From assembly GCA_964106645.2 (NCBI GenBank), contig OZ067038.1: a stretch of DNA of 64,000 nucleotides. The stretch is one strand, 5' to 3'. Positions 1-13,996 of the stretch are shown in pieces. Position numbers and translations under genes: made by a program. The notes beneath the pieces are model-generated. The model was not told where the DNA came from and did no database searches. It saw nothing but the letters and a program-made list of their open reading frames with translations. Numbering within the stretch: position 1 is the stretch's first letter; each line of letters opens with the position of its first letter. The DNA is from Podarcis pityusensis (lineage: Eukaryota).

Positions 1-1689
1 TGAGCTGCACTGCTGTAGTCCTAGTTTTCAACCAGACGTATTTTTACTACTCATCTAAAAGCACAGCTAGTGTTACAAATAATAGCTTCTTAAGATACAT
101 TTTTATACTGGAACTTCAGCTTTCCTTTGTTGTGGCAAATAAAGTAACCTTATTCCCATCCTAGCAAACAACATCCTGGATCATACTAATGAATGTAAAC
201 TGCACTGCCACTGCATGGATGATACTGCTGCCTGGGGAAATAAACACACTCCCTGAATTGCAAGTAGCTATTGATTTAGTACACCAAGCAAATGGTTGTA
301 CTCTCCCTGGCCCTTTGAGTTGCTTTATCAAACAAGAAATCATATGCATTTTGTGGTACGTAACAAAAGAGATAACCTATTTGGGGGGGATATGGAATTA
401 TAATAAATTATAATGAATTGCTGAATTTACAGTCTTACAACAAGAAGAGAAAAACTCAAAAAGATTGTTAGTTCCTCTGAAATAAATTAATAGCTTAACT
501 GAAAAATATGTCAAGACTAACAGCACTCTTGAAAGTAACTTATTTTCAAAATATGGGCTGTTTTTCGTGCCACTATACCAAGCTTAATAATCTCCGGATA
601 TATGCAAAGTGCTCTACTGCAAGGAACTAAAAAAAAAAAAAAAAAAAAGACAATACCGGTATATTTCAGAAAGCAGGATATTCAGTAAGGTTACAGCATT
701 ATTTTAGACCAATTCTCAGTGGGGTACCTTCTCTTAGAAAGTTCAGAGATCATTTAGAATTAGCCCCAAGCACACTTGTCAGGCGCTTGACTAGCTTTTA
801 CTTGCTCACTATAGTAAAGAGCCCAAGGCCAGCATTTTTCTAGGTATCAGAGTGATGCCACTACCAACGCAATTGCAAAGCTGAAATGATTTTTTGGATT
901 ATGCAATTTGCAACAGAGGGCAGTAGCAGGCCACAGGAATATAAGATGAGATGACAAGAGTTGCAGCAAGCAGAGTCAAATCAATCAAAGAAGACAGCAA
1001 CAAGGTTATCTCAGAGTGCTATCTACAGGTCATCAACAACCCATCCTGGACTGTGGGGAAAGAAACCTCATTCAAGTTCATACAAGGCTTCCAGCCAATG
1101 AGCTGTTAGTAAATGAAGGTGTAAGGAAAACTTAAAATGTTACCTTTGCATCATGGGAGCATCTGAGTGATGCACAAACGCAGGTTGCCAGTAGAAGACC
1201 TGACTCTGAAACTGAAATAATGGCAAAATGGCCCCAGGAAGCCCTGAATGAAACATTTATGCAGTCTGCTACTTCCCAGGCCTTCCTTGCAACTCAGGCT
1301 TCTTTGGCTAGGAACTGAAAAGATGCACCACAACTTCACAAGAGGACTTTCTAAGCTGCGGCAATCTGAAAAACTTGAGGTGAAAGACAGACGGGTGCCT
1401 CCACCATTCCATGCACAGAAGCCAACACAAACACTGCCTTCTAGCATATCTGTGCCCCCTGCATACACCCAGAGACACATTCTTAATTATGCCACCTGAG
1501 GCAGCTACCTCACCCTTACTAATGATAGGGCTGGCCCTGGTGAAAAAGGGTGCCCCTTGATAAATAGAAAATTCATGTGAGCATTGTGAAAGTACCTTAC
1601 AGCAGCAGCTTCCAAAACTGATTCTGAACTACACATTATATTGAGTGATTAGTCAATATAATCCATACCTACAGCATATTGAGTCTGGA

Positions 1690-1845
1690 CATGGAACACC
1701 CTGATCTGAATCCCTGCAACACTATGGTCAAGTAGCCTTGACCAAGTTTCCATCTTTCAGTCTGAAACTACCTCACTAGGTTGCTGTAAGACTGAAACAC
1801 TCCGCTCTGAAGTCCTTAAAGAAAGAGGGAAGAGAAACATTAAGC
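1690..1845 (+). mobile_element. Old MIR/CORE-like SINE remnant
   Basis: CCTTGACCAAGT...TCAGTCTGAAACTACCTCACTAGGTTGCTGTAAG resembles squamate CORE-SINE bodies. Confidence 0.4.
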
Positions 1846-3176
1846 CCTAAAACGGCCCAGAAACAACTGCAGACTAGAAGCCCAGCATAAAGAAAACTTA
1901 TACTTGTCCTGTTCTTTGACAGAAAATGTTTTAATCTGCTATGTAAATTATATTGCTCCAAACCAAGAGTTAAATGTTATCTTTCTTAACATTTAAGGAA
2001 TGGCAACATTTTCTAGTGGAAAAATGTTGTTCCACAACCGCATGACTCAAAATCAGAGTCATGCTGCTTAAATTTTACACCAAGCTAGGAAAGCCTATTC
2101 TGAAAAGAAGCTTAATTCATGAAATCTGACATTTTCAAATAAATTAACATTTCTAAAAGTCTCTGGAAAATATGCTCCTTTGTGTCAATTTAAATGGGTT
2201 ACAATGCACTACATGGGCTTCATTCTCAGACATTGTTGGGTAAAATTCCACACTTATGTAAATGCAATCTGAACTCTAGCAGAAAATACTATTTTGAAGA
2301 CTCTAAACTTTCACTTTAAACTGCTTCAAGCCTTTAGGGATGTAGGTGTGAATTATTATTTTTCCAGTAACCCAATTCACACGTAAGAGGTGGCTCTTTA
2401 ATCCAAATTATGCACAAAATCCAGCTGCATGTGGAAGACATCCAAACATATTAGTAACCCGTTAATATAAGTGCATCTCCATGTATTATCCATATAGTAG
2501 CCTGTGCTATCATGTCCATCTGTCCTCTTTTATATAGAACAAATGTCTGGTTATTTTACAGAAGATGGTTTTGATCTCCATTGCAGGCCAGAAAAGGGTA
2601 TGAGGGAAAGAAGGAAGCAGGATGATTGCCATATTACTTTAAAATCATAGCACTTTATGGTTTCTATTTACAGTACTGTATTACTCCTTTCACACATATA
2701 GTAAGTTGGATACAGCACCAATATGCTGTGCTTTCCCAGCACGATATTTGCATAATTTTGACAACTTCCAGACATGCAGCATGAGTGTTTGTCCATGAGT
2801 GTTTGTGAATATTGTTCAATGTTCACTTTCACAGCCTGTATCTTTCACCAATTTTGCAAAGCAACAACGTGCCTGTAGCCTCAAGTTGACATATGGTTTC
2901 TTGGCTGCAGCAAGTTATGGAACATAAATTTACAGTTTAGGAAATGTAAGTAAATCTGAATCCAACCCATTCCACCTTCTTCTTAAAGCTTCCCTAGATT
3001 CTCTATCTTTGGATTAAATCTATATCTCTCTAGATGTTGTTGGACTCTACAACTTCCTTCAGACCTGGCCAATATGATCAATTGCCAGAGTTTAAGGGAG
3101 ATGTAATTCAGCAATATCTGAAGGGTCACGGCCTTCTCTTTTCTGTTCTAATCATTCCTAGGTCCATTGTCTAAAG

Positions 3177-3333
3177 AAGTTTCCCAAACTTGGGTCTCCA
3201 GCTGCTTTTGGACTACGATTCCCATCATTCCTGACCACTGGTCTTGCTAGCTAGGGATGATGGGAGTTGCTAGCTAGGGATGATGGGAGTTGTAGTCCAA
3301 AAACAGCTAGAGACCCAAGTTTGGGAAACACTG
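3177..3333. mobile_element. Palindromic hAT MITE with internal 23-bp tandem duplication
   Basis: Arms TTTCCCAAACTTGGGTCT/AGACCCAAGTTTGGGAAA; 8-bp TSD GTCTAAAG at 3169-3176 and 3334-3341. Confidence 0.88.
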
Positions 3334-3608
3334 GTCTAAAGTGTGAAATACAGTGGATTTTTTGATTTCTAGAAGTGAATAAATTTTAGTTATTATTGCA
3401 AAGAAAAACAATATTTGGAGCTCAAAAAAGATAAATATTAGTTAATGGTCAAATATCTACATTAAAGATAGAACATTTTCATGCCGTTCTGTTGAATTAT
3501 ACAGGGACCAAGCTATAAGTGGACACAGGAATGTGCATCCAATACCATATTATTCTAAGGCTAGATTTTAAGTTTTTCATTTTAAAAAGGTAAAATAAAA
3601 GGTCTTAC

Positions 3609-3705
3609 CACTTCTGGAAGCAATTTAATTGCAAGGTCATGGATGGCTTTGATCACTATACATAGCGAAGACAGGAGAAATATCACACCCAAGATGACAC
3701 AGGCG
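3609..3705 (-). CDS. TMEM163: TMEM163 coding exon 5 (97 nt)
   Basis: ttttttacag|C GCC TGT GTC ATC...GAA GTG|gtaaga; encodes ACVILGVIFLLSSLCIVIKAIHDLAIKLLPEV. Confidence 0.97.
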
Positions 3706-6700
3706 CTGTAAAAAAGAAGAAAGGAAGAAATATTTGTAACTCATTTGGAGCTTTGTGGCCTATTGATTGATGGCACACAGGATTCTACAATGAACATAAT
3801 GTTCAGAGAATGAATGTCTACTGAAGTCCTAGAGGTTGCTATACTGAATGAAGAGAAGCACACTCTGGCCTTTGCCATTGGACAGGAAAGGCCACTGGGA
3901 AACTGCTCCTCCTGCGTCCCACTTGAAAAATTATCACTGCAAAGGGAGAAAACATCACTGCAATCTTGCAGGAAAATCATCACTGCAAGGGGGAAGATCA
4001 GCCTGGCCCAATGCAACAGCAAGGGTTAAATATCAGGTCCTTTTAATCACAAGGACAGAAAAGAGAATCACTGTTAGGAACTCCAAGGTCTGAATTAGGC
4101 ATTTTGTGGTCATATGATGCATGCCCTATTAACTAGTAAGTTACCAGAGTCTGAATACCCTCAGGCCTCATGGTCCAGGAGCTGGGAGGCAGGGGAGGGG
4201 CAGTTTGACAAGGTAAATGTGTACAAACCTTCTAGGAAGCGTTTAGCAATTTTCCTGTTGTATTTCCCAGTGTTTAGAAGTTTAAACGATACTGTGCAAA
4301 TAAGATAGAAACCTATGCAGAGGTTTCTAAACTGCAATTTAAAGTAGAAACTGTGCTGCACTGCTAATGGAAGTCATTTTTAGGGAGTTCTCTATCTCAA
4401 ACAAATCCTATGTAAACAGAACTCCTGGTAACCACGGTGTTTTGAACATCTCCCAGACTATTCTGATAAATGATGCTGTATGATAATTCCTTTTGTAACC
4501 AGCATCTGTTTTCTTTATTATAAGAAATAAAGAAGCAACGATTCTCATCTGGCATTCAGTGTCTTGTCACCTATTGGGAGCGCAGTCTGAGGCTGTTATA
4601 ATTAGCACAGCAGTGCGCTACTATTTTTTACCCTGTAGACATTAGCCAATCTGGAGGTTTGGCCGAACATGCAAAATTTACATCAAACTCATTAAAGAGG
4701 CTGCAAAGGAGTCAGCAGGGTTCTGCCAAGCTTAAGAAATGCAAGCCCAAGTTGTGACATCGTCAGAACATTTTGTGGCATACCATATTCAGAAATGAAG
4801 ACATGGGGCCTTATGCTAGAGCACATTTGCTGGCGATTCCAAGATGCTAAAGCTCTGTGTTGCTCTCCCAGGAACAACTGTAAGAGCAGGAAGGAAGATT
4901 GGCTGCATAAATCACTGCAAAATCAGACAGGATTTTCTCACTGATGTTACAGCAAGGCTACAGAATTCTGTCACTGGAGAAATGAGGACAAACCTTCACT
5001 GATCTTAGGATAAATATTCAACACTTTGTGAAGGCAGATATCCAAAATAAACTTGCGTAAGGTAAGGTCCTCTACCTGTAGCAGAGATGGCACAGCCAGT
5101 CACGGGACTGTGGGACCCTTGGCAAAGCTGATGCACTCAAGAGTGTGTCTATACCAAAATGTATCCTTAGCACTTGGCCCAACCTCTGCTTCTGCATCAA
5201 CTCCCAGCCCAAACCAGCTTGTTTCCATTTGTTTCACTAAGCCAAGTCTCACTGATGCAGACAGGAACAGGTGCAAAAAAATATTTTAAAAATCTAACTG
5301 GCTCTGATCATTACTGAGTCAGTCTTAACTCAGAAATTATCTGTCCACACCACTGAGAGCTTCCCAAATCCTGTCCTTTCTACCAATACCCACCCACTGA
5401 TTCTTCGACCCACTTTCTTCTCCACCCCACTTTCTTGGGTGGCAGTTCTCCAGTGGTGGCAGCAAACAGGGAAGGGAAGAATTTCTGCAAGTAGCAACAC
5501 TGTTCTGCCAATAGCAGCAGACACAAAAGGAAAGGCCTCTCCATCTTCCCCTCCCATACCTGATATACTACTATGCAGTATGCCAGGCCACAAACAGCCT
5601 GTGGAAATGTAGCTTCCCCAAGGCAGACATTGCAGTAGACCTTGAGAAAATGATATTTCACATATGTGGCTTACCATTTTCACACAAAAAGGGGAGGCTT
5701 AAAATAAGGGCTTTACTCTCTAACATAAATTTGTTGCCTCCTTTTCTACCTAGCAGAGAGGAAACATACAAGGAATAAAAATCTGAATAGCTTATTACAT
5801 CAAAAATCAGAAGCTTGTGTCCACATCAAATGGGATAAAATGTACAGGAAACTATGGCTAAAATGGAAATTTATGTTTCAGGATTATTAAAATAACAATA
5901 ATTCTGTGGCAGCTGCAGTTTATATTTAGCAGAATATTGACACCTTGGAAAGGGTGAAAATGCAAACAAAAACGGAGAGGAGCGCTATTATCTTTTGAAT
6001 GATTTATCACTCATTCATCATATTTAGCTAGGGTAGCATCTTTTTTAATATACTTGCTGCGAAATTCTGAGGTCATGCAAAATTCATGAGTGTGCCTGTC
6101 TTTATACCTATAGCAGAATATCTTAATGGCTGAGGCACTTCTAAGTGTGCTGATTTCTCTCTGCACTGCAGCTAGAATGCTTTATTGTACACTATACTGT
6201 TCCAGTGCTAGCAAACAAAAACCTGATAAAACTAGAAAGTCACCCAAAGAGATACATAAGAATGAGAAAACAACATTTTTTACCGAAATTATAAAGAGCT
6301 ATACCTAGAGAAAAGCCTGTGGGATACATCTGGGGTGCAAGTTGACTTTCCCAGCCCCTCTTCACCTACACAAAACACACACAGCCTCTCTAGGGTCTGG
6401 TAACCTAAACAATGTGACCTGTGATGTAAGGGAGATGCTGGAAAATCAGGTGAAGGCAGTGGAAAATAACTTATTTTTCAAGAATCCCCTCTATTACTGC
6501 TCAATACACCATCTATAATTCCCTATTCCATGACTTTCTGGGGAGGCAGCCTTGATGGCCCAGCATGGGGTGGGGGAGCAACCAGCACTTCAGACTTCAC
6601 AGACAACAGGGAAGTGCTTTGCAGCCATGCAAGAAGCTAGGACTGCAGATGGGAGTTAATCTGCATCCACAGAGGGCTCCTGAGGAGTGGAGTTTAGGAG

Positions 6701-6889
6701 CAGACCAGAGTAAAAAGACTTCATCCAGTCCAATCTGATTCGGAGACCTAAAAGGGGACGTCTCCCCACTGCAGTCTTCATCTGGACTTACCCACCCAAT
6801 ATTGCTTACTTTACTTCTGGTTGTGTTGTTTCATCTTAAACAGGTTGGCTTCAGTTATCAACATTGCTATGGACAGCTGTTGGTCATTG

Positions 6890-7030
6890 TTTTCAGGGTC
6901 AGGAGGGAACATTGCCCACAGACAGATTGGATGTATCCTGTGGGTTTTCACCTACTTCATATCAATCATCACAACTTTCCAGTGGTGGAAGAATCATTGG
7001 GCTGTAGGCCCAAAGTAGGGAGAGGTGGGG
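6890..7030 (+). mobile_element. Probable old CR1 3' UTR remnant
   Basis: GGGTCAGGAGGGAA...CAGATTGG...GGGTTTTCACCTAC resembles reptile CR1 3' UTRs. Confidence 0.35.
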
Positions 7031-8959
7031 AAGGGCACCCTAAGCCATCCTATCAGGAGCTGCTGGACCATAGTGCCCCCCCCAACCAATGGCCAGATTC
7101 CTGTACATTATCACAACACTGGGGCTCTTTAAAGCATTTCAAATCCAAAAGATACAACACATGAGAATAAAAACTTCATAGGAGCCTTTGAAGCTCAACC
7201 ATCTATAGAATGCATTTGACTTCACAATCCAGAACAGCATTCTTAAGTAAAAGGTAATGTCATTATTACTGTTATGCATGGTATCCTTGCTCATTGGTGC
7301 CATCAGGGCACAGACGTTTAGGACCCTATTGAGTAGAATGATCAAGAGCCCCCCCAAACTGCTATATACATTGCCTTCTCCAGTAAGAACAGTCTAAATT
7401 TACTTAACTGCACTAACTGTTCTCTGGGAATCTGAACAGAGTCATCTAAGCCTACATACACACAACATTTTATTTTAAAATCAATGAAGACTGAGTACTT
7501 GGGTGTGTGTTTTCTGTCTAGTCGACCCATAATCTAGATCTATTGCATATATTTTATTCCTGAAATACACTTATTGAAAACCAGTTTTATTCCAAAAATA
7601 ACAGCTCATTGCAGGTTGATTCCAGATTTCCTAACAGTGTATCCATTGGAAAACAGATTAAAACTGATGTAACGGAATGGTGCATATATAACCACACATG
7701 CTCAATGATGTTGTTTGTGGGCATATACCAAGACTGCAATCATCACTTCCTCCTTCATTCACCTGCAGCATGTGCAGGGAAGAAAAGGCATGGATAACCT
7801 AATCAGGGGGTCAGTTTCCAACCACACCAACCCTTTTGGATGGAAGCAGTATGTTGAGGACAAGCATGGATGGTTCTGGTTTTTTTGGGGGGGGGGGGAA
7901 TAAAGTTTTTGTGCCACTAATTGGCTAGCATATATGCAGCCTAAGAGGGTAGTAAAGTTAAGCCGCAACCCACTAGAATTATTTTTCTGCCCACATTTTA
8001 TCAATACAGTGAATTTCATGTTCCTCCTGAAGACACTGCTGCACACATGACAGAGCTTTGTTCACTGGACACAATACATAGTATGTGTTTTGTAGCAGCT
8101 GTTTGAGTTGGAACAGAGCCTACAGGTGAGCATGACTTAACATGGTCATTTTGAAATGGATATTTTTAAGGAAGCTTCCTTCAGCAGTGTGAAAAAAATG
8201 CTTCCAATTCATGAGACCTAGGAATAGAGCTGCCTGACCTTTGAGATACTAACACTTAGAAACTACATGTGGGAAGTTATAGGGAGCAGTACCAGCAGGT
8301 TTAAATAGGTTGAAGTGCAAGGTTTTCTTCCCTGATACACAAAAAGGGCAACCTCAATGCTTAACAACTTTGGGGGGGAAGGCAACCTGCTGCTACTTAA
8401 CCGTTTGTGCTGAGCACTATTCAAAGAGCAATACGAAATTGCAGAAGTTCATAAAAATCCAAAATGAGGCCATGAGTATGTCCTCCTTATTGCTCAAAAT
8501 TAAGATACAGTGGCCTGTAAATAATATATAATGGCAATACACTCATGAAAGTCATTTTTCATTGACTGACTCCACTTGAATCAATAAAATTGCTTTAAAA
8601 TTACCAAATGTGGGGGATGGATGGGAGAAATTCATGAAAGAGAAAACAGTTAATTGTTGGTAAGATAAGTGATGCCTCTCCACTACAATTTAACAAATGT
8701 GTGGAAGCAAACCGCATGTCTGAAAATACATCAGTAAGAAGCACCAGGAATTTCAGCTAGCCACAATTTCTGGGTGGCATTTATCTTGCCTCTTTTAAGC
8801 ATGCAGCTCCCACCAACACATTACTATGCCCACTGTAGTAGATAAACAATGTTTTGTCTATTCTATAAATCTGAAGTGGCCCAATGTCAAAAACAAAACT
8901 AGTAACTTCAAAGCAATTATTCAAATAGGCAAATGTCTAGGGGAGCCATCAAAACTAGG

Positions 8960-9097
8960 GGTGGGGTAGGGAACCTATGGCCCTCCATATTACAATGGAT
9001 TGAACTCCCATCAGCCCCAACCAGCATTGCTTATAGACCAAAATGATAGGAATTAACAGTCCAGCAACATCTGGAGGACCACAGTTCCCCATCTCTG
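8960..9097. mobile_element. Older degenerate copy of the hairpin hAT MITE family (further remnants near 3030-3145, 32255-32393, 33535-33600, 60990-61090)
   Basis: GGGAACCTATGGCCCTCCA...AACTCCCATCAGCCC...CAACATCTGGAGGACCACAGTTCCCC. Confidence 0.65.
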
Positions 9098-11331
9098 GAT
9101 TAGGGATGTATAGGATGCTTCTATTTGTTCTGTTTTGAGTGAATAGAACCCTAAATGTGTTTTTATGCCCATGTGGTGGTAGCATCCCCTTCTCTTTCAG
9201 ATGATTCCTTCATCCTACATGCAGAGCTGTGATGTCATGATGACCACCTACTGGAGAAGAATGAATCTATAACAGTGTGTGAAGTTGTATGCATCTCTTT
9301 GTGAGGCTAGCCCTCAGGCTTTCCAATCTCAAAGGCTTTTCTGTTTTGAGTCATCCCTCTGAAAATTGTTCACCACTCCACTGTTCCATGTAAGAATATT
9401 CAGCAATGTTTTGTCGCAACTGCTGTTTTACAGTACATCTCTCTCTCTAACCGAAGAGCAAAATGTAGTTTATATAATTTATCTTCTGTAAAATATCCAG
9501 TGTGGGATATCTCCCTGTCTAATTATAATCCTGCTGACTTTCCAGCAAACGGGATGTAGTAACAATATGTCTAAATGGGTATATAATAAAGCCCTTGGTA
9601 ATTACTACTCTCAGTTCAATCTGCTGAGAGCAGCAGAGGTGTGGCAACAGAATTAAGCATTAAGTAAAAATTAGTGAAGCATGCAAATACAATCTGTACA
9701 AATGTTTTCACTTAAACTTGCCAGTACATAGATATTATGCTGCCTCCCTCCTTTAGTGCACTCTGCGTAGCAAGATATCTTTCACATGGAGTTGAAACCA
9801 ATTTTAGCAGCTCTCCGCATAGTTAATTAGGATATTCACTGAACTGTGATGACATTTTGCTAAATAAAACAAGATTGTCAATATCAGTCAAATAACTAGC
9901 TAGTCGACTTTGTTAGCTTGTGCTTATCTTACAGCTTGACTGTCAAAGCTGCCAGAAAAAGAGACCTCGTTTTCTTCTAACATAAGACCTTTTTTTAAAA
10001 AAAACAAAATCAGCAAAACCTTTTATTCTTATTACGAAGCAATAGCTAAAATAGTATGTCAAAATTCTCACGCAACAACTAAGCATGTGCTTCACATTTC
10101 CATTGAGGTCAATGCGATTTTAGATTGCTGAACCTTTTGACTGCATTGTATCTTTGATTTATGTTCACCGCAAAATGTTCAACATCTTTGGGGGGCATTA
10201 TTGTGTGTACCTCAGGAATCTAAACTTCAAGCTATGGGTGAAACAAATTTAAAAACTGTAAGAAGATTATTCAGCTAAGAAAAGTACTCCTGGCCACCAT
10301 CAAAATCAGGATAGCCAGGTCCAGGTGCAATTTCTGCGGTTATAAAAAGTTAATCAGGAGTTTATTTGTTAAAAAGGAAGGTAAAACTATTCCTCAGAGT
10401 TGAGGGAACAACTGCACATTTCTAGCTCAACAATCATTTTACCAACACAGTCCTATGTGTAGCTACTCAGAAGTCCCACTGAGTCCAAAGTGACTTGCTC
10501 ACCAGTAAGTGTGTGCTACAAGGTGCCTGTGGGATCAATAATGCCCCTGAGGTCTTCCCCTGGTGCCCATGAAGCCTCAGCCCTGGCCCTGACACACTGC
10601 ACCCCTGGTCATGAGGTGGGGAGGGCTATTGTCTTTTTTCCGCCCTTGAAAAGTACATAGAGCTGAAGGAGGAAGAGTGACCATCTTCCTCACCCATGAA
10701 AGAGACACCTTGTAGACCACTTGTATAACACTGCGCCCATCCCCACTTACTGGAACTGATGTCTTACTCATGTCCATTAGGTTGTAACCTAGGGAGTTAA
10801 TACATTTTAACACCCCTTACAAAATCTTTGCACACTTTGTATATCTCTTTGGCTTAATGACCAGTAAGCCTCCATGAAGGTGTGGAGTTTCCATCTGTTC
10901 TATAGCGCAAGTAGCCCACCTTTCATTTGGAAACACCAACTATTGTGAAAAATAACGGATGATTTAATATCCATGCGGCATTTGTCTTTCTTTCTTACAA
11001 AACAAACTGAAAATTGTTGGTTAATGCCAATGATCAAGTAGACAAGAAAAGATCTTCACCCCATGTGCAGTTCTCATGCTTTAAAAATTCTATTACTATG
11101 TCCTTGGTTAGAGTAAACTACATTAAGCAAAAGGCAGTGAACAGCTGGTCATCACGCTTATACATACTGTATAATCATCTGTTTTTCGAAATCCTGAATG
11201 CTTCTTTGTGTTTATCAGAGTACTGTGAGTTAATTTACTACGTGACAGGGATTTTGATGAGTTTTCCAATAACAGTAAAAATTCATTTCAAAGGGCATAG
11301 CATGTTAGTCCATCATAACAAAAATAACAAA

Positions 11332-11479
11332 GAGCCTTGTGGCTCCTTAAAGAGTAATAAATTTGTTATGGTATAAGTTTTCATGGACTCAAGCCCACTG
11401 CACATCTAATGAAGTGGACTGTGATCCAAAAAGTTTATGCTATAATAGGTGTGTTAATCTTCAATGTGTCACAAGGCTC
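11332..11479. mobile_element. Penelope-like element terminal remnant in inverted arrangement
   Basis: GAGCCTTGTG...CACAAGGCTC imperfect palindrome; arms resemble reptile Penelope ends. Confidence 0.65.
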
Positions 11480-11538
11480 CCAGTTACAGACTGATTTAAC
11501 AGTATTAATTAGTTCTGTACTCTATTTTCAAAAAAGTA

Positions 11539-11688
11539 CCGTATTTTTCCATGTATAAGTCGCCCCCTATTTTGGGGGACTCCAAATTAAGAAAACACCC
11601 CTCAGCAATACCCGTGTATAAGACGAACCCCAATGTTAAACCTATTTTTTTGGTTAAAAAACTGAGTCTTATACACTGAAAAATATGG
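11539..11688. mobile_element. Tc1/mariner-superfamily MITE
   Basis: TIRs CCGTATTTTTCCATGTATAAG/CTTATACACTGAAAAATATGG flanked by TA on both sides. Confidence 0.82.
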
Positions 11689-11822
11689 TATTTGGTGCTT
11701 AAGTTGTCATTAGACTCTCACAGCACTGCAACAACGAAAACATAAGTCATGGGGCTGTGCCAACATGTGGCAGGAGAGACTCTGGCCTCCGTTTTCTTTC
11801 TTGGGCAGGAAGAGGGTTATTG

Positions 11823-11900
11823 GAAGTGTGCTTGCACACGAAAGCTCATACCAAGAACTAACTTAGTTGGTCTTAAAGGTGCTACTGGAAGGATTTTTTT
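11823..11900 (+). mobile_element. Penelope-like element terminal fragment
   Basis: GAAGTGTGCTTGCACACGAAAGCTCATACC...TTAGTTGGTCTTAAAGGTGCTACTGGA. Confidence 0.6.
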
Positions 11901-12465
11901 TATTTTGGAAAGTGGGAGATATTGACATCAGTCCCTAGTCATAGTTGGATCACCTCCTGCTGAGTTTTAAGCTTTCAGCACCTTTTCCCTTCTGAAGATG
12001 AGGGACCTATCAGGATGATCTGCCCTTAGATTATGATGGATTCAATTGGCTTCCAGGTGGCTGGCAGGGAGTTCGAGCCGATGTGACTGGCACTCCTGTT
12101 GAAGCTCTGGCAGATTTGTGAAATATGCAAATAGCACAAGTCATTGACCTGGTAGTCCCTGAGCTTGCTCTGCCACTTTTTGGAACCCATTGACTCCTTG
12201 CTATACACCAGAGCTTTGGGCAATGAAACACACCAGGAAATGACTTGAACACAGATGAATGGTGAGTGCTCATTATCAAGCCTAAGTGGTCAGTAAAGGC
12301 AGCAAGGGAGACCTATTTTTCTGCCTCCATTGCAACCTCATTGTACCACCCCTCAGAGTTTTCCCAGGTAGTTTGGGGCCTTTTACAGTCTGGCCCAAAT
12401 GAGATGGTGGAACTGATAGTATCTTGCTGAAACTTGTTCGGAAAGCATTTTGAGGATAAAATTGC

Positions 12466-12507
12466 TTGCCTCTGCCAGGACCTTGCCTCTGCCAGGACCT
12501 TGCCTCT
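12466..12507. repeat. 17-bp tandem duplication
   Basis: TTGCCTCTGCCAGGACC twice plus a partial third unit. Confidence 0.85.
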
Positions 12508-12559
12508 ACCGTTACAGTATCAAAAGGTGTCCAGGGCACTGTCTAGGCATGTTGTGTTT

Positions 12560-13017
12560 CAGTTAATAAGGCTTGAGGACATCTGGAAGGTGTTTGATTC
12601 AGTCTAGGTAACCACTTGCACACTTGAACCTCACTGCTTATAAAAACAAGCTTCTAGGCCAGGGAGGTGATTAACAACTCCTGGTGAGAGGGGATGTTCC
12701 CTGCCTGCTCAAGGAGACAGTGGTAAGACCACCCCTTTTTAAAAAAACAAAAACTTCCATGGATCCACAGAATTCAATTGTATCCCCCATGCTGTTTAAC
12801 ATCTACAACCTCTCTATGGAATGGCACACAACCCTTGAGCTCGAGCTTACTGAAAACATATTTCTGCAACTAGGTTGTTACAGATACTTAATTCCAGTGG
12901 GTTATTAATCCTGCCCTGGGTTATCATTTCAATGTGTTGTGTACCTATTTTAAATTTTGTTGCACACCACCTAGAAACTCGTTGTGAAAGGCAGGATAAA
13001 AAGGTTTAAATAAATAA
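12560..13017 (+). mobile_element. Heavily deleted L2 remnants
   Basis: LKETVVRPPLFKK and SPMLFNIY motifs; L2-like tail ending AAATAAATAA. Confidence 0.55.
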
Positions 13018-13182
13018 GACTTTGTAGTCAGCTGTATAAGAGCAAGAAGGCTCATATCAATATGGCTATTATGTTGCTAGGAGAACATAAAGAGGAAACT
13101 GCCCAGAGAAAGCAGATCCCCCCTCCCCACCCTTTATCATCTCAGACTTTGATAAGTGCTAAAAATAACCACAAGTACTCAC

Positions 13183-13274
13183 ATGTATTCTCTGTGCGCT
13201 GAATGTACTGCAGCTGCATTGCTGTAGCGCCACAGAACTATCACCGACGACAGCACATCCAAAGTGGCATCAAA
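13183..13274 (-). CDS. TMEM163: TMEM163 coding exon 4 (92 nt; DxxxD putative zinc-ligand helix)
   Basis: cttttccag|TTT GAT GCC ACT TTG GAT...GAA TAC AT|gtgagt; encodes FDATLDVLSSVIVLWRYSNAAAVHSAHREY(I). Confidence 0.97.
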
Positions 13275-13448
13275 CTGGAAAAGATACAGAAGCCATTAAG
13301 GCAAGCCATGCTTAAATCAATACACTGCTAACTGTGCCACAAGCCTGTAGACTAACTTAGTATAAATCATTTGAATAAAAGCAGGGATAAGCACAGATTA
13401 CAGCAAGCTCATCCTTTGTGCTGCAAACAAAAGACATGACAGACTTTC

Positions 13449-13623
13449 AGCTGCATGCACACCACACATCTAAAGTCCTCTTAAAGCACATTCCCCTGCC
13501 CCAAGAATCCTGGGAAATGTAGTTTTCACTCACAGAGAAACAATTCCCAGAACTCTTAAACTACAGTTCCCAGGATTCCTGGGAGAAGGGTTTGTGCTTT
13601 AAATGGGTAGTGTGAATGCAGCC
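13449..13623. mobile_element. Palindromic MITE (Harbinger-like) in intron 3
   Basis: GCTGCATGCACAC/GTGTGAATGCAGC termini; internal inverted AATCCTGGGAAATGTAGTTT/AAACTACAGTTCCCAGGATT. Confidence 0.6.
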
Positions 13624-13996
13624 TTTATTGTGTCAGTCAAGAAAGTGAAAGGAACTTATTCAGTTGTTCCCTACCAGTTTACTACAAGATACCCCTACCA
13701 CAAAATAAGTTGTTAAATGCTTACTGATCTTTCTACATCCTGCTTGACAAGCATGATGATATTTATGTAAAAAGGAAGAGGAATGTGAATGTAGACTTCT
13801 TATTAATTTCGCTACAATTTGAGCATCCACAAGAGGATAGTTTATGGGTAGGGTGCATATGGATACCAAACATGGTGGAAGCGTTTTGCATCCAGATTGA
13901 GAGGCAGCTTGTCTCTGAACATCAGTTACTGGAAAGAAGAGGAGGGGGCTGCTTTCCCCATGGTCCTACTTGTGGAGAACACTCCCAAATGAGTGT

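Noticed and set aside
1-3600. TMEM163 exon 6 (expected DDFLFSVSILSG...)
   Set aside because: I found no matching sequence; it probably lies left of the window.
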